From NCBI GenBank assembly GCA_025965755.1, contig JAOPWI010000214.1, forward strand, positions 1-54,300: a DNA stretch of 54,300 bases. The letters run 5' to 3'. This stretch comes from Frankiales bacterium (GTDB taxonomy: Bacteria; Actinomycetota; Actinomycetes; Mycobacteriales; SCTD01). Below are positions 26,944-35,390 of the stretch, in pieces. The position numbers and the translations under genes were made by a program. Every line of letters starts with the position of its first letter. Position 1 is the stretch's first letter. Under the pieces are notes generated by a model. It was not told the DNA's origin and searched no databases. It was given only the letters and a program-made list of their open reading frames with translations.

Positions 26944-27902
26944 GGCCTGGCTCCGGTCGGGGATCGGTCGAGGCTGCCGGGGACGGTCTCGGGCGAGGTC
27001 TCGGTGAGCATGAAGAACAGTGACTGCAGCGGCGCCTCCTGCAGGCTCAGGGCGCGCAGTGCCAGGCCGTGCCGGACCACCGCCGACAGGTAGGCGTCCA
27101 CTGCGTCCAGCGAGCCGCGCACGGCTAGCGCCCCGTCAAGGGCGAGGACCGTCAGTCCGGGCCGGCCGGCGGCGAGCGCGAGCGCGGACTGGTCGTCACT
27201 CGTCGACAGCCGGTGCGCCGGCTCCGGTGCCTGCTCGCGGAGCGTCGCGATGGTGCCGTGGTAGACGACCGTGCCCGTCCGCATGATGGTGACGTTGTCG
27301 CAGATCTGCTCGACCTCGCCCATGTCGTGGCTGCTGAGCAGGACCGTCAGGCCGCTGGCGGCGAGCTGCCCGACCAGGGCGCGCATGTCTCGGATCCCGG
27401 CGGGATCCAGCCCGTTCGCCGGCTCGTCGAGGACCAGCAGGCGAGGTTCGCGCAGCAGCGCTGCCGCGACCCCCAGGCGCTGCCGCATCCCGAAGGAGTA
27501 GCCGCCGACCTTGTCGCGGTCCCGACCGGTCAGGTCGACGGTGTCGAGCACCCGGTCGATGCGGGTGGGCGCATCGCCGCCGTCCAGGCCGGCCAACAGC
27601 TCGAGGTTCACCCGGCCGCTGAGGTAGGGGTAGAACCTGGGGCTCTCGAGGAATCCGGCCACGCCGTCCAGCGCCCGGGTGCCGTCCCGCTGCCAGGTCC
27701 GACCAAGAACCTGCAGCGTCCCGCCGTCGGGCCGGATGAGCCCGAAGAGCATCCGCAGGAACGTCGTCTTGCCGGCGCCGTTGGGCCCCAGCACCCCGTA
27801 GACCTCGCCCTGCGCGACGGCCATCGAGATGCCGTCGACGGCCGTCAGCGCGCCGTAGCGCTTGGTCACGTCGACGGCGTTCACCGCCAGGATGTCGCTC
27901 AT
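26940..27902 (-). CDS. ABC transporter ATP-binding protein (ABC-2/DrrA-like)
   Basis: Walker A GPNGAGKTT, signature YSFGMRQR, Walker B LLVLDEPANGLD. Confidence 0.9.
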   Translation of the reverse strand: MSDILAVNAVDVTKRYGALTAVDGISMAVAQGEVYGVLGPNGAGKTTFLRMLFGLIRPDGGTLQVLGRTWQRDGTRALDGVAGFLESPRFYPYLSGRVNLELLAGLDGGDAPTRIDRVLDTVDLTGRDRDKVGGYSFGMRQRLGVAAALLREPRLLVLDEPANGLDPAGIRDMRALVGQLAASGLTVLLSSHDMGEVEQICDNVTIMRTGTVVYHGTIATLREQAPEPAHRLSTSDDQSALALAAGRPGLTVLALDGALAVRGSLDAVDAYLSAVVRHGLALRALSLQEAPLQSLFFMLTETSPETVPGSLDRSPTGARP

Positions 27903-27971
27903 GTGGGCGACGGTAGGGATCGCGCATGAAGGGACGATGAAGAGCGTGACTGACCAGCTGCGCGTGGTCGG

Positions 27972-29492
27972 CTACGGCTGCACGGGGAGCAGCACGCTCG
28001 CTGTCGTTCCCTCGGGCCCGTGAGCACACGAAAGCCCGAAGCGGTCCTGGTAGCGATGGTGCGTGCCGTTCGAGCACAGGCGAAGCTCGCCGCCGGCCTG
28101 CTCGACCAGGGTGCGGACCAGCGCGAGTCCGAGGCCGGCGCCGGGCCGGGACCGGGCCCCGTCGGCGCGTGCGAACCGGTCAGCGGCGGTCGGCAGGAGT
28201 GCCGGGTCGACGCCCGTTCCGTCGTCGGTCACCGTGAGCACGGCGGTGTCCTCGACCCCCCGGACGTGAACAGCCACCGGGCCCTGTCCGTGCAGCAGGG
28301 CGTTGCCGATCAGGTTGTTCACCGCCTGGCGCACGTGAGCTGCCGACATCGGTACCGGCAACGGCTGTCCGGCCGTCTGGGCGCTGAACGCGACGGTCCG
28401 GCGGCCGTGATCGTCGGCGCTGCGGGCTGCCTCGTCGCGCTCGGCCGTGACGGCGCGCGCGATGTCCGCCAGGTCGCACCGGCTTGCCGCGGTCCCTCGC
28501 CTGGCCTCCCGCTGCCCGCTCCGGTTGTCGCTCGTGCTGATCTGCAGGAGCTGCTCGGCGAGCGCGATGAGGGTGTCGACGTCCTGCCCGAGCTCGCGCA
28601 GCGTCGCCTCGTGCTCGGAGGCGCTGCGCGTCCGTCGTCGCGCCAGCTGGATCCGCGTGGACAGCAGCGTCAGCGGGGTCCGCAGCTCGTGCGAGGCGTC
28701 CTGCGTGAACCGGCGCTCCCGATCGACTGCCTGCTCCAGCGCCTCCAAGACCTCGTTCAGCGTCTGCCCGAGCCGGGTGACCTCGTCGTCGCGGTCGACG
28801 GGGACATCCAGCCGGACACCTCGCGCTCCTGCGGCGATCGACGCGGCTTGCGCGCGGTAGCGCTCGACCGGGGTCAGCGCCGCCTTGGCGAGCCGTTCGC
28901 CGACCACGGCCGTCACCACGAGCGAGGCCAGGCCGGCCACCAGGAGCTGGGCGAGCAGCTCGCGCAGCGCCTCGTCACGGGCGTCCTTGCGATCGGCGAC
29001 GAGCAGCACCCGGGCCGGGCCGGGACCGGGCAGCGGGACCGTCAGCAGCCGAAGCGGCCGTCGACTCGCCGGCAGGAGCGCGCCGATGTCGGCGATGACC
29101 TCCCCGTCAACAGCGGTGCGCGCCTGCCTGGGTGTGAGCAGCGGCGCGGCCCCGAGCTCGGGGCCGTGCGCCAGGACCCGGCCGGCCGCGTCCAGCACCT
29201 GGTACCGGCCGGCGCCGGGCACAGGTGGGAACGAGCCGGTGAGCTCGAGCTGCCCCGTGCTCGCGACCAGCGGCGCCAGGGCGACGGCCTCGTTGCGCAG
29301 GTCGGTGTTCAGGCGCAGGTCCAGGGCGTAGGAGACGCGCCAGTAGACGAACGACCCGGCAGCCGCCAGGACCAGGCTGATCGCGACGACGAAGCCGGCG
29401 ACGAGGCGCACCCGCAGCGGAAGGCTGGACAGCGTCCGCCGGCCTGCCCCCACCGGGCTCACCCGTGGCCGGGTCTGCGGTGGCTCCCTCAC
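27972..29492 (-). CDS. Membrane sensor histidine kinase (two TM, periplasmic loop, HAMP, HisKA, HATPase_c)
   Basis: H-box FTQDASHELRTPLT. G boxes DDGTGV and GAGLGLALV. The GTG at 29492 forms a GTGA overlap with the response regulator stop. Confidence 0.85.
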   Translation of the reverse strand: MREPPQTRPRVSPVGAGRRTLSSLPLRVRLVAGFVVAISLVLAAAGSFVYWRVSYALDLRLNTDLRNEAVALAPLVASTGQLELTGSFPPVPGAGRYQVLDAAGRVLAHGPELGAAPLLTPRQARTAVDGEVIADIGALLPASRRPLRLLTVPLPGPGPARVLLVADRKDARDEALRELLAQLLVAGLASLVVTAVVGERLAKAALTPVERYRAQAASIAAGARGVRLDVPVDRDDEVTRLGQTLNEVLEALEQAVDRERRFTQDASHELRTPLTLLSTRIQLARRRTRSASEHEATLRELGQDVDTLIALAEQLLQISTSDNRSGQREARRGTAASRCDLADIARAVTAERDEAARSADDHGRRTVAFSAQTAGQPLPVPMSAAHVRQAVNNLIGNALLHGQGPVAVHVRGVEDTAVLTVTDDGTGVDPALLPTAADRFARADGARSRPGAGLGLALVRTLVEQAGGELRLCSNGTHHRYQDRFGLSCAHGPEGTTASVLLPVQP

Positions 29493-30166
29493 CCGCCGGC
29501 CGGGTCCAGCCGGTAGCCGACGCCCCGGACGGTCTGGATGGACCGGCGTCCGAACGGACGGTCGATCTTGGACCGGAGGCTGGCGACGTGGACGTCGATC
29601 GTGTTGGACCGCAGGTCGGTGTCGCCGTCCCACACCTCGTCCAGGATCGCGAAGCGGCTGACCACCTGTCCGGACCGGCCCAGCAGCAGCGCGAGGATGT
29701 CGAACTCCCGCGCCGACAGCGCGACGGACTGACCCGCTCGCGACACCTGCCGACCTATCGGGTCGAGGACCAGGTCACCCGCCCGGGCCGCGATCAGCCC
29801 GCTGCCACCACTTCGCCGGTGCAAGGCCCGCAGCCGGGCCAGGAGCTCGTCGAGCTCGAAGGGCTTGGCGAGGTAGTCATCCGCCCCGGCGTCGAGCCCT
29901 CCGACGCGGTCGGACAGGCCTCCCCGAGCCGTCAGCAGCAGAGCCGGAGTCCGGTGCCCCTCGGCCCGCAGGGTCCGGACGATGTCCGGGCCTTCGATCC
30001 CAGGAAGCATCCAGTCCAGCAGCAGGACGTCGAACCCGCCATGACGAGCCGCTCCCAGCGCCGCGACGCCGTCGTGATGCACCGAGGTGGTGCAGCCGCC
30101 TTCGGTCAGCGCCTGCTCGAGCAGTTCGGCCAGTCGCACCTCGTCCTCCGCAACCAGCACCCGCAC
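29489..30166 (-). CDS. OmpR/PhoB-family response regulator
   Basis: VRVLVAEDE.., LLLDWMLPG, DDYLAKPF. Winged-helix C-terminus (..IDVHVASLRSKI..VRGVGYRL). Start set at the GTG at 30166, giving 225 aa. Confidence 0.85.
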   Translation of the reverse strand: MRVLVAEDEVRLAELLEQALTEGGCTTSVHHDGVAALGAARHGGFDVLLLDWMLPGIEGPDIVRTLRAEGHRTPALLLTARGGLSDRVGGLDAGADDYLAKPFELDELLARLRALHRRSGGSGLIAARAGDLVLDPIGRQVSRAGQSVALSAREFDILALLLGRSGQVVSRFAILDEVWDGDTDLRSNTIDVHVASLRSKIDRPFGRRSIQTVRGVGYRLDPAGG

Positions 30167-30175
30167 CGGGACAGT

Positions 30176-30211
30176 CTGGCTCAGCACCGCAACCTGGCTC
30201 AGCACCGCAAC
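30176..30211. repeat. Perfect 18-bp tandem direct repeat (2 copies) directly upstream of the OmpR-type regulator gene
   Basis: CTGGCTCAGCACCGCAAC occurs twice, at 30176-30193 and 30194-30211, ending 10 nt from the GTG start at 30166. Confidence 0.9.
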
Positions 30212-31010
30212 GCCTCGACGGCACGTCCGCAGTGCTGGCACGGGCCCACGCTCCCGTGGCTTCAGCGCCTCCGCGCTTCCCGGGGCGGTTCACTGCTGCG
30301 CGCCGTCGACGTGCTCGCGGACGGCCCGCCGCCGCGAGCGCGCCGGGCGCGCCGTGTGGGCCCTCGCCAGGCGCGTGAAAGGGTCATCCGTCACCGCGGT
30401 ATCAGACACTGTCCGCCACCATCAGCGTGGGCAGTACGGGTGGCGGCGGGGATGTGCGGCCCGGGCCTGACGGCGCCGGCCCGGCGCGGGCGGTGGAGGG
30501 ATCGACAGGAGTGAGGGAGGGGTTGACGCAGCCGCATGCTCAGTTCGCGCACCGTGGTGCCGCCTCGGGCCACGCGCCGGTGCCCTGCGCGCCGGCGCCG
30601 CAGCTCAGGTCCTGTCCCGCTCCGGCAGCTCCGAGCGCCCGTGCCGGCAGGACCCGCCGGTCGACAGGACGGACCGCGGTCCCGGTTCCCGTCGGAGCTG
30701 GCGGCGGTGACGGCGTGACGGCAGTGACCTCGGCCGGCGCTCCCGCGACCGGGCGTCGTGCGGTGAGCCCGCTTCGGCGCCGCCCGGGCGCCGGCGGTGG
30801 CGGCGTCCCCGCGCAGGCGCACCGGCCGCGGCAGGGGCCCGGCTCACGCGAGGTGTGGTCAGGACGGCTTCTCCGGCAGACCGTCGCCCGCCCGCCCGCC
30901 TGCCCGGCCGGCACCCGCAGCGCGTACGACGCTGAGCCGGATGCGGGCCGGTCCGTGACCGCGCCCGATCCGGTCGAGGCGCCGGTGGCCGAGGGAAACG
31001 GGCCCTCCCG

Positions 31011-32171
31011 GTGATCGGTTCATCGGGGAGGCCGCGCCTCTGGCTGGTCGACGACGAGCAGCACGTCCTGTCCGGACTGAAGCGGACGCTGCGCACCCAC
31101 TGGGACGTGACGACCATGACCGAGCCGGTCCTCGCCCTGGCTCGGCTGGAGGCCGCGGTCGCTGACCAGCTCGAGCCGGCTGTGCTGGTCAGCGACATGC
31201 GCATGCCCGGGCTGGACGGGGCTCAGATGCTGGCTCGCGCCCGGTTGCTGTCCCCCGACACGGTGCGCGTGCTGCTGACCGGAGAGGCGGACATCGCCGC
31301 CGCGATCCGCTCTGTCAACGACGGGGGCATCTTCCGGTTCCTCACCAAGCCCTGTCCCCCGGAGGAGCTGGACCGGGCGCTGGAGGCCGCGCTCGAGCAG
31401 CACCGCCTGGTCACAGCGGAGAAGGTCCTGCTCGAGCGCACGCTGGCCGGTGCGGTGGGCGCGCTGAGCGACACGCTGTCGCTGGCCGCGCCGGGCCTGT
31501 TCACGCGGGTCGTCCGGATCAAGCGGATGGCCCTGGCGATCGCCCGGCAGGCCGGGCACAGCCTGCCCTGGCACGACGAGATCGCGCTGACGCTGACGCA
31601 CCTGGGCACGGTCAGCCTGCCGCGCGCGGTGCTGGACAAGCTGGACCGGGACCAGGACCTGCTGCCCGACGAGCAGGCCATGGTGGAGCGGGTGCCCGCC
31701 CTGTCGGCCCGGCTCCTCAACGGCATTCCGCGCCTCGAGGCGGTGCAGGCGGCGGTCACCGCGAGCCCGCTGCGGTTCGACGGCCGCGGTTCACCGTGCG
31801 GCGAACCGACCGGCGCCGAGCTGCCGTTGTCGTCCCGACTGCTGCGCCTGGCCGGCGACCTCGACCGGCTGATCTCCGGCGGCATGCCGGCTGCCGATGC
31901 CGTCAACGTGCTCGCGCAGGACCCCGGCGCCTACGACCCGGACCTGCTGGCTGCCGCCCGGGTCACGGGCGGCTCCGCCAAGCGCAACTTGCAGATGCTG
32001 CCCATCGATCGGCTCGAACGGGGAATGATCATCGCCGTGGACGTGACGTCCGCGTCTGGCGCGCTGCTGATCGGGCGGGGCAGCACCGTCACCGCGGGCC
32101 TGGTCGAGCATCTGAGCAACCACAAGGAGAGCGGCAGCTTTCGGGGCACCATCGTGGTCGAGGTCGTGTGA
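31011..32171 (+). CDS. Response regulator: REC domain plus degenerate HD-GYP-like output domain plus a short C-terminal beta-rich module
   Basis: REC motifs are intact (LVDDE, LVSDMRMPGLDG, LLTG, FLTKP). The HD-GYP positions read FTRVV, THLGTV and SPLRFDGRGSP instead of H..RV, HDxGK and HHExxDGxGYP. Confidence 0.8.
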   Translation: MIGSSGRPRLWLVDDEQHVLSGLKRTLRTHWDVTTMTEPVLALARLEAAVADQLEPAVLVSDMRMPGLDGAQMLARARLLSPDTVRVLLTGEADIAAAIRSVNDGGIFRFLTKPCPPEELDRALEAALEQHRLVTAEKVLLERTLAGAVGALSDTLSLAAPGLFTRVVRIKRMALAIARQAGHSLPWHDEIALTLTHLGTVSLPRAVLDKLDRDQDLLPDEQAMVERVPALSARLLNGIPRLEAVQAAVTASPLRFDGRGSPCGEPTGAELPLSSRLLRLAGDLDRLISGGMPAADAVNVLAQDPGAYDPDLLAAARVTGGSAKRNLQMLPIDRLERGMIIAVDVTSASGALLIGRGSTVTAGLVEHLSNHKESGSFRGTIVVEVV

Positions 32172-32210
32172 CCTGGGCTCAGCCCCCGGGCCCGGTCCCG
32201 GCCGGAGCGG

Positions 32211-33893
32211 TCACAGCCCGGCGACGTCCTCCTGCAGGAACATCGTGCTCAGCAGGTTGAGCAGCTCATCCGGTTCGAAGGGCTTCACCAGGAAGAAGTC
32301 GGCACCGGCCGTCCACGCCGAGGCGCTGGTCAGCGAATCGGTCGCCGCGGTCAGCATGATGACGGGCAGCGGCTGACCCGGCAGCGCGCGAATCCGCTCC
32401 AGAACCTGCAGTCCGCTGATACCCGGCATCATCACGTCGAGGACCACGCAGTCGGGCCGGGCCAGGCCGATCTCCGTCAGCCCGTCCTGGCCGTTCCCCG
32501 CGCTGCGGGTGGAGAAGCCCTCCATCTCGAGGATGTCGACCAGGAGCTGCCGGATGCTCTCGTCGTCGTCGACGACCAGCACCTCCGGAGCGGTCCGGGT
32601 GATCCCCAGGGGGTCCGCCGAGCGTTCCGGGCGGAACGCCGGGGCGGCCCCGGCTGTCGCACTCAGTTCGGGTCGACACTGCTGGCGGGCCAGTCGCGAG
32701 GCCCGCTCGGCGGCCTGGCGCCAGTCGGTGGCGCGCCCCCGCAACTGTGGGTGCTGCAGCAGTGACTCGAGCTCGTCGCGACCCTCCGGCTCACCGTCGG
32801 CCGAGGCCCCGCCGGCCCGGAGGAGCAGGTGTGCGGCCCGCAGGACGCCGTGCACTCCCAGCCCGGCGCCACTGGTACGGGCAGGCTGGTCCTGGGTGGC
32901 GACGGCGGTGACGATCTGCTGAGGCAGACCCCACAGGTTGAGCAGCTCGGCCCCTACCTCGGACCAGGCGAAGCCGGCCCGCTCGGTCGTCACCTGCTCC
33001 ACGGGACGCCCCTCGCGTCGCGCGCGGCGCAGGTCGTCGCAGACGGTGTGGGGATCAGCGGCCGCGGCCGCGAGCATCCCGACATCGCGCAGCGAGGCGG
33101 CAACCTCCACGAAGGGCGCCAGCGCCGGGCTCGCCATCTCGGGGGCCAGCAGCCCGATCGCCACCGAGTGCTCCCAGCCTGCCAGCAGCGCGTCATGCAG
33201 TTCCTGGCCGGCCTCTGGCCAGCTCCACAGGCCGCCCTCCGCCGCGAGCAGCGCTCGGATCATGGGCAGGCCCAGGGTCGCCAGCGCATAGTCGACGGAG
33301 ACGACCCGGGGGCGGGCGCCGTAGAACGCCGAGTTCGCGAGCTGGAGCACCTTGGCGGTCAGCGCAACGTCCCGGTGCGCATGCTCGATGAAGCGCCCGA
33401 GGGTCGCCCCCGGGTCCCCCAGCACGGCTGTGAGGTCCTGCATCAGCCGAGGCGGGCTGGGCAGGGTCCGCAGGGCACCGGCCACGGCCCGCAGCTCAGC
33501 GGCGTTGTCGCGGGCCAGCCCGGCCGTCAGCTGTCGCACGACCTGCGTCAGGTGGGTGACCTCGCACGGCTTGTTGAGGAAGCGGTGCGCCACGAACGCG
33601 GCGCGCACGGCAGCGTCGGGCTCGGTGTGGCCGGAGAGCACCACCCGGGCGACACCGGGATGCTGCTCACGGACACGCGTCAGCAGCTCCGCGCCGCCCA
33701 TGCCGGGCATGCGCATGTCCGAGATCAGGACGTCGCAGGGCTGCTCGGCGATCATCTCCAGCGCGGAGAACCCGCTCGTGGCGAACCGCATGTCCCACTC
33801 ACCCCGCATGCCCCGCAGGGACCTGCGCAGGCCGTCGAGAATGCGCGGCTCGTCATCGACGAACAGCAACCGTGCGTGCGCCGGCTCGGTCAC
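32211..33893 (-). CDS. Dual-receiver signalling protein REC-HDOD-REC
   Basis: The GTG at 33893 forms a GTGA overlap with the kinase stop. REC1 (FVDDE, ISDMRMPGMGG, FLNKP). HDOD region (LPSPPRLMQDL..VLQLANSAFYG). REC2 (VVDDDESI, VLDVMMPGISG, FLVKPF). Confidence 0.85.
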   Translation of the reverse strand: MTEPAHARLLFVDDEPRILDGLRRSLRGMRGEWDMRFATSGFSALEMIAEQPCDVLISDMRMPGMGGAELLTRVREQHPGVARVVLSGHTEPDAAVRAAFVAHRFLNKPCEVTHLTQVVRQLTAGLARDNAAELRAVAGALRTLPSPPRLMQDLTAVLGDPGATLGRFIEHAHRDVALTAKVLQLANSAFYGARPRVVSVDYALATLGLPMIRALLAAEGGLWSWPEAGQELHDALLAGWEHSVAIGLLAPEMASPALAPFVEVAASLRDVGMLAAAAADPHTVCDDLRRARREGRPVEQVTTERAGFAWSEVGAELLNLWGLPQQIVTAVATQDQPARTSGAGLGVHGVLRAAHLLLRAGGASADGEPEGRDELESLLQHPQLRGRATDWRQAAERASRLARQQCRPELSATAGAAPAFRPERSADPLGITRTAPEVLVVDDDESIRQLLVDILEMEGFSTRSAGNGQDGLTEIGLARPDCVVLDVMMPGISGLQVLERIRALPGQPLPVIMLTAATDSLTSASAWTAGADFFLVKPFEPDELLNLLSTMFLQEDVAGL

Positions 33894-35278
33894 GACGCAC
33901 CAGCCCCGGGGCCCTCGACGGGCAGCCGGACCTCGAACCGGGTACCTGAGCCGGGTTCGGAGAACACCTCGATGCTGCCCCCATGGTTCTGCACGACCAC
34001 GGCTCGCGCCAGGGCCAGTCCCTGTCCGGTGCCGTGACCGACGTCCTTGGTGGTGAAGAACGGCTCGAAGATCTTCCCGATGATGTCCGGCGGGATACCA
34101 GGCCCGTTGTCCTGCACGCTGACCGTGACCCATCCGGCGTCATGGCTGGTGGTCACCGAGATGGTCCCCCGGGTGCTCGCGCCCTGCAGCGCGTCGGCCG
34201 CGTTGACCAGCAGGTTCAGGAAGACCTGGTTGAGGCTTCCGACGTGGCACACGACAGGAGGGATGTCCCCCAGCTGCAGGGCGATGTCCGCCACGTACTT
34301 GATCTCGTTGCGCGCGACGGTCAGGGTCGTGCGGAGGGCGTCGTTGAGATCGGCGTGCCCGCGCTCGGCCTGGTCGCGGTAGCTGAACGCCTTCATGGCC
34401 CGCACCAGCGTCGCCACCCGCTCGATGCCCTCCAGGCTCTGCTGAACGGCGAGGGGAACCTCGCTGGCGAGGTAGTCGATGTCCGCTGCGGCCTCGGCAT
34501 TGGTCATCCGGTCGCGGCGCTCCTGCCACGACAGCGCGCCGGGGCCGCCGTCCAGGCACGCCCGGTACTCCAGCAGCAGCTCCAGCATCGTGCTGTACGA
34601 GGAGGCCAGGAAGCGGGTGTTGTCACCGACGAACTGGATCGGCGTGTTGATCTCGTGGGCGATGCCGGCGGACAGCCGTCCCAGGGCTTCCAGCTTCTGG
34701 TCGTGCCGCGACTCGATCTCCCGGCTGAGGGCCTTCTCGGCGTCGGCGAGCCGTCGGCTCTCGGCCTGCGCGGCGTGCAGCCGGGTCGCCAGCTGAGCCG
34801 CGTCGCGTACCGCGATGGCCTGGGCCTGATTCACATAGAGCCGGTCGAGCAGCGAGTCGTGGACGGCGAAGTCCTCCATGGACAGGCCGTGGTCGAACAG
34901 CTCCGCGGCGTCGTTGACGGCCGGCGACCCCAGGAACAGGGCGGTGCGGCTGTCGTCGTCGACGACGACCTGGCCGCGCAGCGTCAGTCCGGGTCCGGTA
35001 GGCGGAAGCAGCCGAAGCAGAACGAGGGCGCCCGGGTGCGCCGCGAAGTCGGCGACGGTGAACGGCAACGGCGGGGACACGAGGTGCGCCACGTCCGTGA
35101 CGGGCTGGCCGATCCGGGCCTGCGGCACCAACCGTTGCAGCACCGGTCCCAGACCGCGGATCATGAGCTGCTCGTCGAAGGCCAGGTAGAAGGGGAAGGC
35201 GGCGTCCAGGACACGGGGAGGCAGCGTCAGGCCGCCCCGGTGCTCAGGGGGGCCCGCGCTCGACGCGGAACTCGTCAC
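33890..35278 (-). CDS. Soluble histidine kinase with an N-terminal HNOBA-like (heme-NO-binding-associated, PAS-like) domain
   Basis: No TM segment. FPFYLAFDEQLMIRGLGPVLQRLVPQ resembles the FPFHIIFDRDL..RVLPQ signature of soluble guanylate cyclase HNOBA domains. H-box SAGIAHEINTPIQF. Complete HATPase_c (NLLVNAADA, DNGPGI, GTGQGLALA). Confidence 0.8.
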   Translation of the reverse strand: MTSSASSAGPPEHRGGLTLPPRVLDAAFPFYLAFDEQLMIRGLGPVLQRLVPQARIGQPVTDVAHLVSPPLPFTVADFAAHPGALVLLRLLPPTGPGLTLRGQVVVDDDSRTALFLGSPAVNDAAELFDHGLSMEDFAVHDSLLDRLYVNQAQAIAVRDAAQLATRLHAAQAESRRLADAEKALSREIESRHDQKLEALGRLSAGIAHEINTPIQFVGDNTRFLASSYSTMLELLLEYRACLDGGPGALSWQERRDRMTNAEAAADIDYLASEVPLAVQQSLEGIERVATLVRAMKAFSYRDQAERGHADLNDALRTTLTVARNEIKYVADIALQLGDIPPVVCHVGSLNQVFLNLLVNAADALQGASTRGTISVTTSHDAGWVTVSVQDNGPGIPPDIIGKIFEPFFTTKDVGHGTGQGLALARAVVVQNHGGSIEVFSEPGSGTRFEVRLPVEGPGAGAS

Positions 35279-35390
35279 AGCCCCCGCCCTCCTGCCGATG
35301 GCCGGGCAGCGTCACCGGGACCGTGGTGGCGGGCCCCTCGCCCGGGCCCCGGGTCCATGAACGCGGCGCTGCCGTCGTGCCCGCCCGCGG

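Noticed and set aside
30427-31014. 195-aa Gly/Ala/Pro/Arg-rich ORF ending in a GTGA overlap with the REC/HD-GYP gene
   Set aside because: Not called as a CDS. It has no motifs, about 80% GC at codon position 2 in the sampled part, and no clear three-base periodicity. It is kept as an open question in the findings.
30242-35390. An H-NOX (heme-NO/O2 binding) sensor gene next to the HNOBA-type kinase
   Set aside because: No ORF in any frame in or around the cluster resembles an H-NOX protein of about 180 aa. The sensor is either absent, encoded elsewhere, or replaced by the PAS/GAF domains.
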